A stretch of 42,213 nucleotides of DNA from an uncultured bacterium (GTDB lineage: Bacteria; Patescibacteriota; Dojkabacteria; J137): assembly GCA_963700155.1 (NCBI GenBank), contig OY969472.1, positions 132,058 through 174,270 of the forward strand, read 5' to 3'. Made by a program: the position numbers and the translations under genes. Below the pieces are notes generated by a model that saw nothing but the letters and a program-made list of their open reading frames with translations, searched no databases and was not told where the DNA came from. Each line of letters begins with the position of its first letter. Position 1 is the stretch's first letter. Positions 17,192 through 26,339 of this stretch are shown here, piece after piece.

Positions 17192-17420
17192 TTCATCAAT
17201 GTTAACAATTAAAATATTACTTGAATGACTAATTGTTCAACCTCCTTCCCGTAATAAATTAAAAAGTAATATATTGAAGATACGGTTGTTATGTAAAAAG
17301 TTGCCAAAAGTTGGTGTAAATTTAAAGTAAAGTTTAGAGATAGAAGAATAATTCTTTACAAGAATTTAATAGAAGAATTATATAAAATTAATATAAATAT
17401 ACGATGAAAACATCTTGAAT

Positions 17421-18029
17421 TTATTCTGAAGAGTCTTTTTCAATCTGAGTTAATGTTCTTCCTGTTTTAGCAGAATTATCTTCGTTAGGAAATGCCTTGC
17501 CCTCAAACTCATCTTTATCTTTTATCATTAGCCAGGATTTTTCACCTGCTCTTTTAAATCTTACTAGAGCATATTTCCCTTTGAGTTTTTTACCTTGAAG
17601 AAATAATTTTACCGCTCCTTTTTTTAAAGCTTTATTTATTTCTGTTTGAATTTCACTTCTATCTTTTACTTCCTTTGTTCCATCAGGAAGTTCAGGAATG
17701 TAATATGTACCTTCGTCCCAAACCATCACAGTTCCAGCGCCATAATTCCCTTCTGGAATAGTTCCTTCGAAATCTTTGTAGTCATAAGGATGATCTTCGA
17801 CCATTACTGCTAAATGACGTTCATTGGATTTGTTGGGCGGTCCCTTTGGGACCGCCCAACTTTTCAAAACCCCATCTACTTCGATTCTAAAATCATAGTG
17901 TAGCTGTTTTGCTTGATGCTTTTGTACAACAAATCTTAATGGACCTGTCGTTTTCACCGGCTCTGGTTCACCTTTAGGTTCATTAGTTTTTTTAAAATTT
18001 CGTTTTTTATTATATTTTCCTAATGGCAT
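17421..18029 (-). CDS. stand-alone LigD-type 3'-phosphoesterase (PE) domain protein
   Basis: LRFVVQKHQAKQLHYDFRIEVDGVLKSWAVPKGPP is the hallmark N-terminal motif of the DNA ligase D phosphoesterase domain. No ligase, polymerase or Ku gene adjacent. Confidence 0.8.
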   Translation of the reverse strand: MPLGKYNKKRNFKKTNEPKGEPEPVKTTGPLRFVVQKHQAKQLHYDFRIEVDGVLKSWAVPKGPPNKSNERHLAVMVEDHPYDYKDFEGTIPEGNYGAGTVMVWDEGTYYIPELPDGTKEVKDRSEIQTEINKALKKGAVKLFLQGKKLKGKYALVRFKRAGEKSWLMIKDKDEFEGKAFPNEDNSAKTGRTLTQIEKDSSE

Positions 18030-18062
18030 ATGTTTTTCATTATTAATAAAAAATTAATAAAT

Positions 18063-21000
18063 TTAGAAAGTGTCTTGCCAATGAGAAGCTAAGATACTCA
18101 GATCAGATAAATCAACAACTCCATCGTAATTTGCATCTGCAGTACTTTTATGTTGATTCCAATATGTTGCAAGAATACTAAAATCAGATAGATCAACTTT
18201 TCTATCACTATTAAAATCACCAAAAGGTTTAAATGTTACTGTAAATGTAGAAACATTCAGTGCATTGCTGACAAAAGAATTACTGTCAGTTAGAGTAATA
18301 GTGCAGTTAGAATATGTACCAAGATTTAATTCATGAAATGTAATAGTTTTGTTACCTGCTCCACTTACACTAGTGGTTGAACTACTGCATGAACCGCCGT
18401 AAGTTAAAGTTCCAGCCTTGCTTGCACTGAAAGTATAATTTGGAGTTGTATCTGTTGTAATTGATGGTACTGCAGTAACTTGAGTTAATGTTGGAGCTGT
18501 AATTATTGTAAACGGTGTTACATTAAGTGAATTACTTTCGTTCATAGTTACATCAACTACAACAATTTTGCAATTAGAATGAGTGCTAACAGATAAAGTA
18601 TTAAATGTTATTGTGTTATTTCCTGTAGATGCTGAAGTTGTGTTACTTGAACAGTCACCATCGTAAACTATTAATCCTCCGAGAGTCGTGTTGAATGTGT
18701 AATTAGGAGTTGTATCGATTGTTGGAGTAGTAACTGGTGTTACCTCGGTTAAAAAAGGTGGGTCAGTAATTGTAAAAGGCGAAATATCCAAAATATTGCT
18801 CACATGCGAGCTACTGTCTGTCAAAGTTATTGTACAATTTGAATAAGTACCGTTAGATAATTCATCAAAAGTTATTGTGTTATTTCCAGCTACTGCTGAA
18901 GAGGTAGAGCTCGAACAAGTTCCACCATATGCGATAGTCCCTGCTGAGGTCGTACTAAAGGTGTAACTAGGTGTTGTGTCAGATCCTGGTGTTGGGACTG
19001 GTGTTACTTCTGTCAATATTGGATTTGGTGGACCAAAAGGCTGTAAATAAATCATAACTCTCCCTCTGTTCAAATCGGTTACATATAAATTATTGTCACT
19101 ATCAAATGTAGCTCCTAATGCCATTGAGTAATAATCAGATAAAAAAGTGTCTGGTGTGGGATTAGAAGCTAAAGGATCATAATATACAGCAGGGAACCTG
19201 CCAAATCCTGCAGGAGACCCACCTGGAACATAATATGCATTATATCCAACAACCATTCTATTATAAGCATCAAAGGCAGGTTCCCACGTTGCTACACTAT
19301 CAATAATTTTTGAAGGAGCTGTTGCATAAATAATTGAAGAATTATTAGTTGGAAATGTTCCAGCATTATATTCCAATAGTCGAAAATTACCCTGTATCTC
19401 TAAAGAGTGATCTGAAAGATAAAAATTTCCATAGTTATCTAAAGACAATGATCCAGGATAACAAAGTGTTGTAGTCCCTTTACTTCCACCTCGATTACAA
19501 CTTGTTCCCGTAGAATTTATTTGTCCTAAAATTACATCAATTGTTGGACTTGCCCCCAGAGGATCTCGTATTCTAAATACTCTGCTTTCTGAAGCTACTG
19601 ATACCCACATATAACTTGCATCTGGTGCCGGAACCAACCCGGAGAATGAATGGAAAGCATCGGTATAACTTATCTGTCCTCCTCCTAAAAGATTAATTGG
19701 TAAGTAAATTTGATGAGAAGGTAAATCTCCACTATTAAGAGGAAGATCATAAACATCAATGTGATATAAATCATCTCCGGCTGTATTTACAAGTGTGTAT
19801 AAATGATTAGAATTATCTTTTTTTAAACCAAAACAACATTGTGGTTCGAGGGTATTGAAATCTGGTGCACCTACATATCCATCAGCTGGTTTTCCATCAC
19901 TAAGATCGCTTACACCATCTGGAGTATTCCAAAAGAGTATCCTTCCTGAATCTGCAGAAATAACTTGATTATCTGTTACTACAACACCAGACACAGAAGC
20001 CATACTATTTTCATCTACATAATTTCCATAACTTGTAGGAGTATATAATCTATGAGAATACGTTGTATTATCATCTCCTTTATTAAAAATTAATACATCA
20101 TTATTTGATACTCCTGTCCCTGTTGCTGCATAAAGATTACCATTTGAATCTACGCCAATTGAACCACTAACATCACCTAATAAATTCCCATCATTATAAT
20201 CTCCAACACGTCTAATTAATGTACCTGATCCACTAGTATCCCAAAGTTCAATTACCGAATGTCCTTGATTTGTAATCCAAATCCTTCCTGGCTCAGTATC
20301 ATCAAAATCAAGTCCCGAAGGGAAAAGGAATCCACTACCAAAAACTATTCCAGAAGCTCCATTTGTAGACGGGTTTGAATATTTCATAACTCTGTAATTG
20401 TCAACAAAATGTTCAGCTACAAACACATCTCCACTTGTTGTTACTCTTACAGTATTTGGGTCATGCATCTTATTTAAGCCGGTTCCGGAAGTTTTAGTTG
20501 TAAATCCTGTTTGGCCAAGAACTAATGAAGCCGTTTTACTTTTAGTACATGAACTTCCGGAACCGGAAGAACACGGAAATTTTAAAACTCTATTATTTGC
20601 ACTATCCACAATCCAAAGATTCCCATTTGAATCTACATCTACACCAGCAGTCCAATTATTAGATTCTCCCCAGCTAAAACACAAACTTGAATTGCTTGGA
20701 GTTGCTAAACCTTTATTACATAAAGATGTTGTAAAGTTCATTCCTCCTTGTGTTCCATCTCCTTGACCCCATACTTCGTCAGCTGTAGTATCAGTATTAA
20801 AAGGATCGTAATACTCTAAAACTCTATTATTAGCAAAATCTGCAACAAATAAATTATTTGATGAATCTACTGCCATACTTGCTCCTGAACCACCTTCAGA
20901 AACTGACAGAATTGATGCATCTTCACCACAGAGAGTTGAAGCTGATGCGGTAGGAAAAGTTGGATAATTTTGAAATCCAGAATCTCCATTACATCCTGAA

Positions 21001-21377
21001 GATGTAAAATCTGGTTGTCCTAAAACGATCGATGGTACACAATTCAATGGGTCAGTATTTGAAGACAAACAATCTTCAAGGTCATAACCTAAAATTCTAT
21101 TATTTCCAGCATCATATATATACATTTTATTATCACTCGGATTATTTCGATTAATAAAAACACCATGAGGCAAAGCTAATGCGGTTGAAGTTGTAGAATA
21201 AGCTGAGATTGTATTAAAATCAGGCTTGCCGATAACCAAATCAGCAATTGTATCATCAGTTTCTCCCCGAATTAAAGATGCATGAACAGTAGTTATATAG
21301 CTAAGCTGAGAAAAACTACTCAAAGTAAGTACCATAATTAATAGACCCACAAATAAGATGGTAAGTTTTTTTGCCAT
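18063..21377 (-). CDS. large secreted NHL-repeat (beta-propeller) protein with three Ig-like tandem repeats and a C-terminal dockerin-like module
   Basis: Signal peptide MAKKLTILFVGLLIMVLTLSSF. Repeated ..NNR(I/V)L(E/K)(Y/F).. NHL-type blades. Three modules of about 87 aa beginning LT(E/Q)VT. C-terminal DFNSDRKVDLSDFSILA...DANYDGVVDLSDLSILA (duplicated Ca-binding dockerin-type segment). Confidence 0.75.
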   Translation of the reverse strand: MAKKLTILFVGLLIMVLTLSSFSQLSYITTVHASLIRGETDDTIADLVIGKPDFNTISAYSTTSTALALPHGVFINRNNPSDNKMYIYDAGNNRILGYDLEDCLSSNTDPLNCVPSIVLGQPDFTSSGCNGDSGFQNYPTFPTASASTLCGEDASILSVSEGGSGASMAVDSSNNLFVADFANNRVLEYYDPFNTDTTADEVWGQGDGTQGGMNFTTSLCNKGLATPSNSSLCFSWGESNNWTAGVDVDSNGNLWIVDSANNRVLKFPCSSGSGSSCTKSKTASLVLGQTGFTTKTSGTGLNKMHDPNTVRVTTSGDVFVAEHFVDNYRVMKYSNPSTNGASGIVFGSGFLFPSGLDFDDTEPGRIWITNQGHSVIELWDTSGSGTLIRRVGDYNDGNLLGDVSGSIGVDSNGNLYAATGTGVSNNDVLIFNKGDDNTTYSHRLYTPTSYGNYVDENSMASVSGVVVTDNQVISADSGRILFWNTPDGVSDLSDGKPADGYVGAPDFNTLEPQCCFGLKKDNSNHLYTLVNTAGDDLYHIDVYDLPLNSGDLPSHQIYLPINLLGGGQISYTDAFHSFSGLVPAPDASYMWVSVASESRVFRIRDPLGASPTIDVILGQINSTGTSCNRGGSKGTTTLCYPGSLSLDNYGNFYLSDHSLEIQGNFRLLEYNAGTFPTNNSSIIYATAPSKIIDSVATWEPAFDAYNRMVVGYNAYYVPGGSPAGFGRFPAVYYDPLASNPTPDTFLSDYYSMALGATFDSDNNLYVTDLNRGRVMIYLQPFGPPNPILTEVTPVPTPGSDTTPSYTFSTTSAGTIAYGGTCSSSTSSAVAGNNTITFDELSNGTYSNCTITLTDSSSHVSNILDISPFTITDPPFLTEVTPVTTPTIDTTPNYTFNTTLGGLIVYDGDCSSNTTSASTGNNTITFNTLSVSTHSNCKIVVVDVTMNESNSLNVTPFTIITAPTLTQVTAVPSITTDTTPNYTFSASKAGTLTYGGSCSSSTTSVSGAGNKTITFHELNLGTYSNCTITLTDSNSFVSNALNVSTFTVTFKPFGDFNSDRKVDLSDFSILATYWNQHKSTADANYDGVVDLSDLSILASHWQDTF
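18225..19016 (-). repeat. three tandem coding repeats of about 260 bp (Ig-like modules) inside the 1104-aa gene
   Basis: Protein modules LTEVTPVPTPGSDTTPSYTF..., LTEVTPVTTPTIDTTPNYTF... and LTQVTAVPSITTDTTPNYTF.... Boundaries read at about 19016, 18752 and 18488. Confidence 0.8.
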
Positions 21378-21482
21378 ATTCCTAGTATAAATTAATTACT
21401 CTTGAAAATAAACATTGAAATGTATATTTAAATTCATCTTTAATCATAATTATTTCCCATATTTAAAAAACTAAAGTTAATA

Positions 21483-21511
21483 TTGACTAAAAATTTAAAA
21501 TACATTACTAT
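21483..21511 (+). promoter_or_regulatory. candidate sigma70-type promoter for the MFS gene
   Basis: TTGACT (21483-21488), 17-nt spacer, TACTAT (21506-21511). Confidence 0.35.
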
Positions 21512-21566
21512 GGGAGTTTGTTGTACTTCCTTTTACGATATTTCTTTAATTAATTGAAAAATAATT

Positions 21567-22751
21567 ATGATTAAAAAATATGGATTAAATAGGAATTTAT
21601 TGATCGTATCATTAATTGCAGTAGTAAATATGCTCGGATATGGGATTATTATTCCTATTCTTTATTCATATTCACAAAAATTCGGTTTAAATGATTTTCA
21701 GAACGGCCTTCTTTTTGCAATTTATTCAATTTGTCAATTTATTTCTACTCCTATTATTGGTAGATTATCTGACAGAATAGGAAGAAGACCGTTATTAATA
21801 ATTTCAATTACTGGGACTGCTCTTTCTTTTTTTATAATGGCTTTTGCACCAAGCGCAATATTTCTATTTATTGCGAGAGCATTAGACGGATTAACAGCAG
21901 GGAATATTCCAGTTGCATTTGCTGTAATTTCGGATTCTACTAAACCTAAAGAGAGAGCTAAAGCATTTGGAATTATTGGAGCAGCATTTAATTTTGGATT
22001 TGTTTTTGGTCCAGCGACAGCAGCTTTAACTGTAGGATTAGGTCAGTCAGTTCCGTTTATTATTGCAGGAGTAGTTACTGTTATAGCAGTTTTATTAACA
22101 ATTGTATTTCTACCTGAGACTAATAAAAATAAAGGTAAAGTTGTAAAAGAAAAACTATTTGATTTAAAAAAACTTTGGAACACTTTATTTGATGAGCAGG
22201 TTGGTTCAATATTTCTTATTTCATTTATTTTCTGGCTTGCATTCTCATGTGCAATTATTTATGGTTTTCAGCCATTTACAAAAAATATTTTACAAATCTC
22301 CGAATCTCAGAATGCCTTGCTTTTTACACTTTTCGGTGTAGTTGGGCTTATTGCGCAGTCTTTTCTTGTCGCAAGGATTTCAAAAAAATTTGGGATAAAG
22401 AAATCATTTATATCTGGAATACTATTTACTGCAGTATCATTTATAATTATGTACTTTTCTCAATCATTAATAATCTTTGTTCTAGCAGCAGGAATTTTAG
22501 CGTTAACTAATAGTATTGTTCAAACACTTATTCCTACAATTCTTTCAGAAGAAGCAGATGAAAAATCTCAAGGTTCAATAATGGGACTTAACACTTCTTA
22601 TCAAAGTATAGGAATGTTTATCGGCCCAATATTAGGAGGTATTGTTGCGACAGTTTCAATTCCTTTACCATTTCTTGTTGGGAGTTTATTAGTTCTATTT
22701 TGTGCATATTTCTCATATAAAGCTTTTAGTAAAAAAGCAAAGCTTGTTTAA
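21567..22751 (+). CDS. MFS transporter (drug:H+ antiporter-like)
   Basis: 12 TM. Loop 2-3 motif GRLSDRIGRRPLL. ARALDGLTAGN motif. Confidence 0.8.
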   Translation: MIKKYGLNRNLLIVSLIAVVNMLGYGIIIPILYSYSQKFGLNDFQNGLLFAIYSICQFISTPIIGRLSDRIGRRPLLIISITGTALSFFIMAFAPSAIFLFIARALDGLTAGNIPVAFAVISDSTKPKERAKAFGIIGAAFNFGFVFGPATAALTVGLGQSVPFIIAGVVTVIAVLLTIVFLPETNKNKGKVVKEKLFDLKKLWNTLFDEQVGSIFLISFIFWLAFSCAIIYGFQPFTKNILQISESQNALLFTLFGVVGLIAQSFLVARISKKFGIKKSFISGILFTAVSFIIMYFSQSLIIFVLAAGILALTNSIVQTLIPTILSEEADEKSQGSIMGLNTSYQSIGMFIGPILGGIVATVSIPLPFLVGSLLVLFCAYFSYKAFSKKAKLV

Positions 22752-22910
22752 TTCCTCAATATAACTGATTCATTTCTTTATAATATTTGTTTATGTTATT
22801 TTATATATATGGGTATTGTATATTTCATACTCATTGTACTTTATAGAGTTGTTTAACCTATTACTCTGATCATTTAAAGTGTCAGAGTTGATTTTTTGTT
22901 AAACAGCACA

Positions 22911-22939
22911 TTGACAAGGAAGAAAGCTAGCTTGAAAAT
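22911..22939 (+). promoter_or_regulatory. candidate promoter for the island-2 gene
   Basis: TTGACA (22911-22916), 17-nt spacer, GAAAAT (22934-22939). SD AAGGA at 22961-22965. Confidence 0.35.
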
Positions 22940-22972
22940 CATTCAGTCGCATCTAGAAGAAAGGAAAAGAAA

Positions 22973-23818
22973 GTGAAGAAAGTAGTTCTCCTCATGATCT
23001 TGTTCTTCGCCGTAACTTCGTGCACACCGGGTGCTGTCAAAGCACAAAGCGAAACCAATCCCTGCACTGCATTTACACGGGTGAAGTTTCAGAATAATTC
23101 TGGTGGACTTATGGGAATCGTCACAATGTATGATGATGACAAGTTCACAGGAATTCTAGATTATAGTCTAAGCCGGCAGGATGAATTCACAGTAGTGGGC
23201 TGCAGTGGTGATGCAATTCTAGTAGTCAACCTGTATACTACAGGCTGGGTTGAAACCAAATATGCAGTAGTGACTGGGAATCCTCAACCCACTCCAGTTC
23301 CTCCGACTCCAATGGCTCAACCAGATCCTTGTGATACGGCAGGAACAGTAGATATCATTGGTACCAACGATCCATATGGTCTTTTCTATGGCTATACTGA
23401 TTCGTCACTTGAAGAAATTGAACTTCAAACCAAAAACGAGTTTTTGTACGTCGTTATTGGCTGCACGGAAAAAGCTGTGCAGGTCGCTTTTCCTGGTGAA
23501 GCTCCATTCTGGGTTGCAGAAGAATCAATAATTGCAGGAAGTAATTGGATCCTTCCGGAAGATATAAACTCCTGCGATTATGTCGGTGAATCTGTAATCC
23601 TAGCAGGTTATGATGACTCAGGGTTAATTTCTGTTTATCAGTATGATTCGCTTGTAGATAGTACTCAGCAATTTGAGAATATATACAAGTACGATGTCAT
23701 CGGTTGTTCTTCTGAAAATCCCAAAGCATTGCAAGTAACAAAGCCGGGGTTTCCGGAAGTTTGGATATCTACAGATGATGTTAAGGGGGCGACCAACTGG
23801 TCGCACCCACAGAGCTAA
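22973..23818 (+). CDS. putative lipoprotein with three SH3-like internal repeats, encoded on GC-elevated island 2
   Basis: GTG start 7 nt after AAGGA. Lipobox-like MILFFAVTSC. Three repeats built around (V/I)(V/I)GC(S/T)...(A/L)(I/V)(L/Q)V...W(V/I). P-rich linkers. Line 23281-23340 has 33/60 G+C. Confidence 0.65.
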   Translation: MKKVVLLMILFFAVTSCTPGAVKAQSETNPCTAFTRVKFQNNSGGLMGIVTMYDDDKFTGILDYSLSRQDEFTVVGCSGDAILVVNLYTTGWVETKYAVVTGNPQPTPVPPTPMAQPDPCDTAGTVDIIGTNDPYGLFYGYTDSSLEEIELQTKNEFLYVVIGCTEKAVQVAFPGEAPFWVAEESIIAGSNWILPEDINSCDYVGESVILAGYDDSGLISVYQYDSLVDSTQQFENIYKYDVIGCSSENPKALQVTKPGFPEVWISTDDVKGATNWSHPQS

Positions 23819-23833
23819 GGCTTTCTTCCGTAA

Positions 23834-23858
23834 GTAGGGGCTGCTTCGCAGCCCCTAC
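23834..23858. terminator. GC-rich hairpin between convergent genes
   Basis: GTAGGGGCTGC-TTC-GCAGCCCCTAC (11-bp stem). No U-tract on either strand, so terminator function is inferred from position only. Confidence 0.5.
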
Positions 23859-23889
23859 AAAAGCTTTAATTTCTGTATATTAATTCAAG

Positions 23890-24909
23890 TTAATTTTTTA
23901 TATTTTCTTCATTTTTATTATTTACTTCGTCTTTACTTAAATTTTGAATTTTCTCCTTTTTATTTGAAGAATTACGTTTAACCAAAAGGAATACTATTGT
24001 TAGTAACAGTACTAGCAATAAACAGCAGCAAAGTAAAACTAAACATGGTAAAAATGAGTACCCAAAAGATCCAATAAGTGGTGAAAAAATTGGCATAGTT
24101 GATAAATCACTCTCTGGATTATCTAAAAGTTGTTGAAGATCATCTGGAATATTATCTACAGGACTTGTGTCACTTGACTGAGGATTATCTGTGGTTGGTG
24201 TTGAATTGTCTGATGGATTATTCTGATTATTAGGATTTGTTTCATTTGTATCATTTGTCGAAGGATTATCTTGAGTTGGCTGTTCAGATGACGGAACTGT
24301 ATAAATGACATCTAAAACTGGTTCTCTGTTAATATCACCATTTTCTCTAGAATAAAAAGTCTTTAGAAATGATTCACTAGAATCGTAAACCATATATAAT
24401 CCATAATTTGATTGTCCATCAATCCAATTCTGAGTAATACCGGTAACATCAAACCCATATATATCATAATCACATGTTACCACTGTTAATGCTGAATCAA
24501 TATCGGTTGAAGATGGAGCACTTTTCCAAGTTATTGTACTTTCACTCCAATCGTTAGTAACTTGTTTAACAGTAACAGAAATTGGATCCCCATCGCATTG
24601 TTTGGAAAATACTGATAACCATGAACTTGTAATTATTGCGTTCGAAGGGATTCCACTAATATCAAATCTCACAAAAGAATATCTATCAAATCCGTTAAGT
24701 GTTGAATGACCTACCTCAATTATATTGTAGGAGCCATAATTAGTATTTGGAGTTCCGGAGTATACTTCAGCATCTGCAACTGGATATAAAGATACAGTTT
24801 CATCAGCTTTAACTTTATTTGAAAACTGAATACTTACAAAACTAAATAAGATAAATACTATCAAGAAACAGAACAAATACGTAGGTATATTAAACCGTTT
24901 TTTGAACAT
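23890..24909 (-). CDS. cell-surface protein with DNRLRE/CBM96-like N-terminal beta-sandwich, P/T/N/S-rich linker and Cys-rich C-terminal TM anchor
   Basis: VSLYPVADAEVYSGTPNTNYGS...RYSFVRFDISGIPSNAIITSSWLSVF...NDWSESTITWKSAPS fits the DNRLRE-domain pattern. C-terminal LPCLVLLCCCLLLVLLLTIVFLLVKRN. Confidence 0.6.
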   Translation of the reverse strand: MFKKRFNIPTYLFCFLIVFILFSFVSIQFSNKVKADETVSLYPVADAEVYSGTPNTNYGSYNIIEVGHSTLNGFDRYSFVRFDISGIPSNAIITSSWLSVFSKQCDGDPISVTVKQVTNDWSESTITWKSAPSSTDIDSALTVVTCDYDIYGFDVTGITQNWIDGQSNYGLYMVYDSSESFLKTFYSRENGDINREPVLDVIYTVPSSEQPTQDNPSTNDTNETNPNNQNNPSDNSTPTTDNPQSSDTSPVDNIPDDLQQLLDNPESDLSTMPIFSPLIGSFGYSFLPCLVLLCCCLLLVLLLTIVFLLVKRNSSNKKEKIQNLSKDEVNNKNEENIKN

Positions 24910-25125
24910 ATGAATATTTTAAAGGATAAATTTACTATTATAGTATCACTTATTTATTTACGTTAGAAGTAAATTGAAAAATATTAATAAACAATTTGAA
25001 GATAAGTGATAGGAATCCAATTTAACAGTTATTTTAATAAACATTTACATTTTTCTAACAAAAATAGTTTTTATAAATGATAAATTAGATAGTTTTATAT
25101 ATATTCTATTTATTAGTTAGAAAAA

Positions 25126-25509
25126 ATGCTGAATTTAAATTCAATAATGATTGGAACGGATGATCTCAATAAAATGGGTGAATTTTATACTAAACTATTC
25201 GATAAAGAGCCTGATATGAAAGATGAGACCTATTGGGGATGGCAGGTCGGTTCATGTTTTCTAACTATAGGTGAACATTCAGAAGTTAAAGGAGAATCGA
25301 AAGAACCTCAAAGGATTTTACTTAATATTGAATCAAAAGAAGTTAAAGAAGAATTTGAAAGAATAAAAGATATTCCTGGATTAAGAATTATAAAAGAACC
25401 GTATGAAATGGAAGGCTGGGAAGGTGGATGGATTGCAACCTTAGCAGATCCGGATGGCAACTATTTTCAACTTATGACACCTTGGGATGAATCTGAAAAG
25501 AAAGATTAG
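25126..25509 (+). CDS. VOC (glyoxalase/bleomycin-resistance fold) family protein
   Basis: 127 aa. The N-terminal beta-alpha-beta start (LNSIMIGTDDLNKMGEFYTKLF) and C-terminal ADPDGNYFQLM are typical of the fold. Confidence 0.65.
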   Translation: MLNLNSIMIGTDDLNKMGEFYTKLFDKEPDMKDETYWGWQVGSCFLTIGEHSEVKGESKEPQRILLNIESKEVKEEFERIKDIPGLRIIKEPYEMEGWEGGWIATLADPDGNYFQLMTPWDESEKKD

Positions 25510-26339
25510 TTTATATCTCTCTTTTTAAAGATATAAGCTCCAATAACAGTAAAAAATATTCCAACAATTAGAATTAATAAAGCTTCGGGTTTTAGAACTC
25601 TATCAGTTGATATTGCTACTAAATCCAGATAATGATTTGGACTTAAATATTTTAAGAAAGAAGCTTGATCTGAAAGACCAGACAAGGTATTAAACAAATA
25701 ACCAACAATTACATATAACGACCCTAAAGCTATTGCCCTGCCGCTTGCAAATTTTGAACCAATTAGCTCAGAAAGTCCAATAAAGAAAAATTCGAGTATT
25801 GTTAAAGCAACAAAAACTAAAATAAAGAATCCTAAATCTAAATTAGTCTCTTTAGTTAAAAAGTTTATTGCCAATAATGTTGATGCCAAAAGTATCAAAT
25901 TAGAAATTAAAACATTAATTAAGACTGCAAATAATTTAGCAGAATAAATTTGCAAGCGGCTTAATGGCTTGGATAACAAGAACAATATATTTCTATTCCC
26001 AATTTCTCCAGATAATGAATTAGCTGACATAAAAATAAAAAATATACATCCTGAAAGCACAATGTAAATCATAATTTGATTCCCAAAATACCCATAAATG
26101 GAGGTTAATGATTCTATTCCTTTTCCAAAAACTTCTAATAGTTCTTTAGGGAATGATGCATAAAGTTGAGTTAGCTGATCTGAATTCTGCCTTATAGGTT
26201 CAAAGAACCCCATAAACAAAAAGCTTAAAGCAATCCAAGTTATTGTGAAATATAAACTCGTTTTAAAATTTTTTAATGTTTCAAATTTTAACAAAGAAAA
26301 ATATCTCATATTAATAATAGTCCGCGAAGGCCTCCTCAA
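25506..26339 (-). CDS. ABC-2 type transporter permease
   Basis: Six hydrophobic helices. Directly follows the ATPase gene. The likely start is the internal Met at 26309 (MRYFSLLKF), which removes the 29-nt overlap. Confidence 0.7.
   Translation of the reverse strand: MRRPSRTIINMRYFSLLKFETLKNFKTSLYFTITWIALSFLFMGFFEPIRQNSDQLTQLYASFPKELLEVFGKGIESLTSIYGYFGNQIMIYIVLSGCIFFIFMSANSLSGEIGNRNILFLLSKPLSRLQIYSAKLFAVLINVLISNLILLASTLLAINFLTKETNLDLGFFILVFVALTILEFFFIGLSELIGSKFASGRAIALGSLYVIVGYLFNTLSGLSDQASFLKYLSPNHYLDLVAISTDRVLKPEALLILIVGIFFTVIGAYIFKKRDIN

Noticed and set aside
24944-25011. 10-bp inverted repeat TATCACTTAT / ATAAGTGATA in the divergent promoter region between 23890-24909 and 25126-25509.
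   Set aside because: It is short and AT-rich with a 48-nt spacer, so it is plausibly chance in DNA of about 25% GC. There is no supporting second feature.
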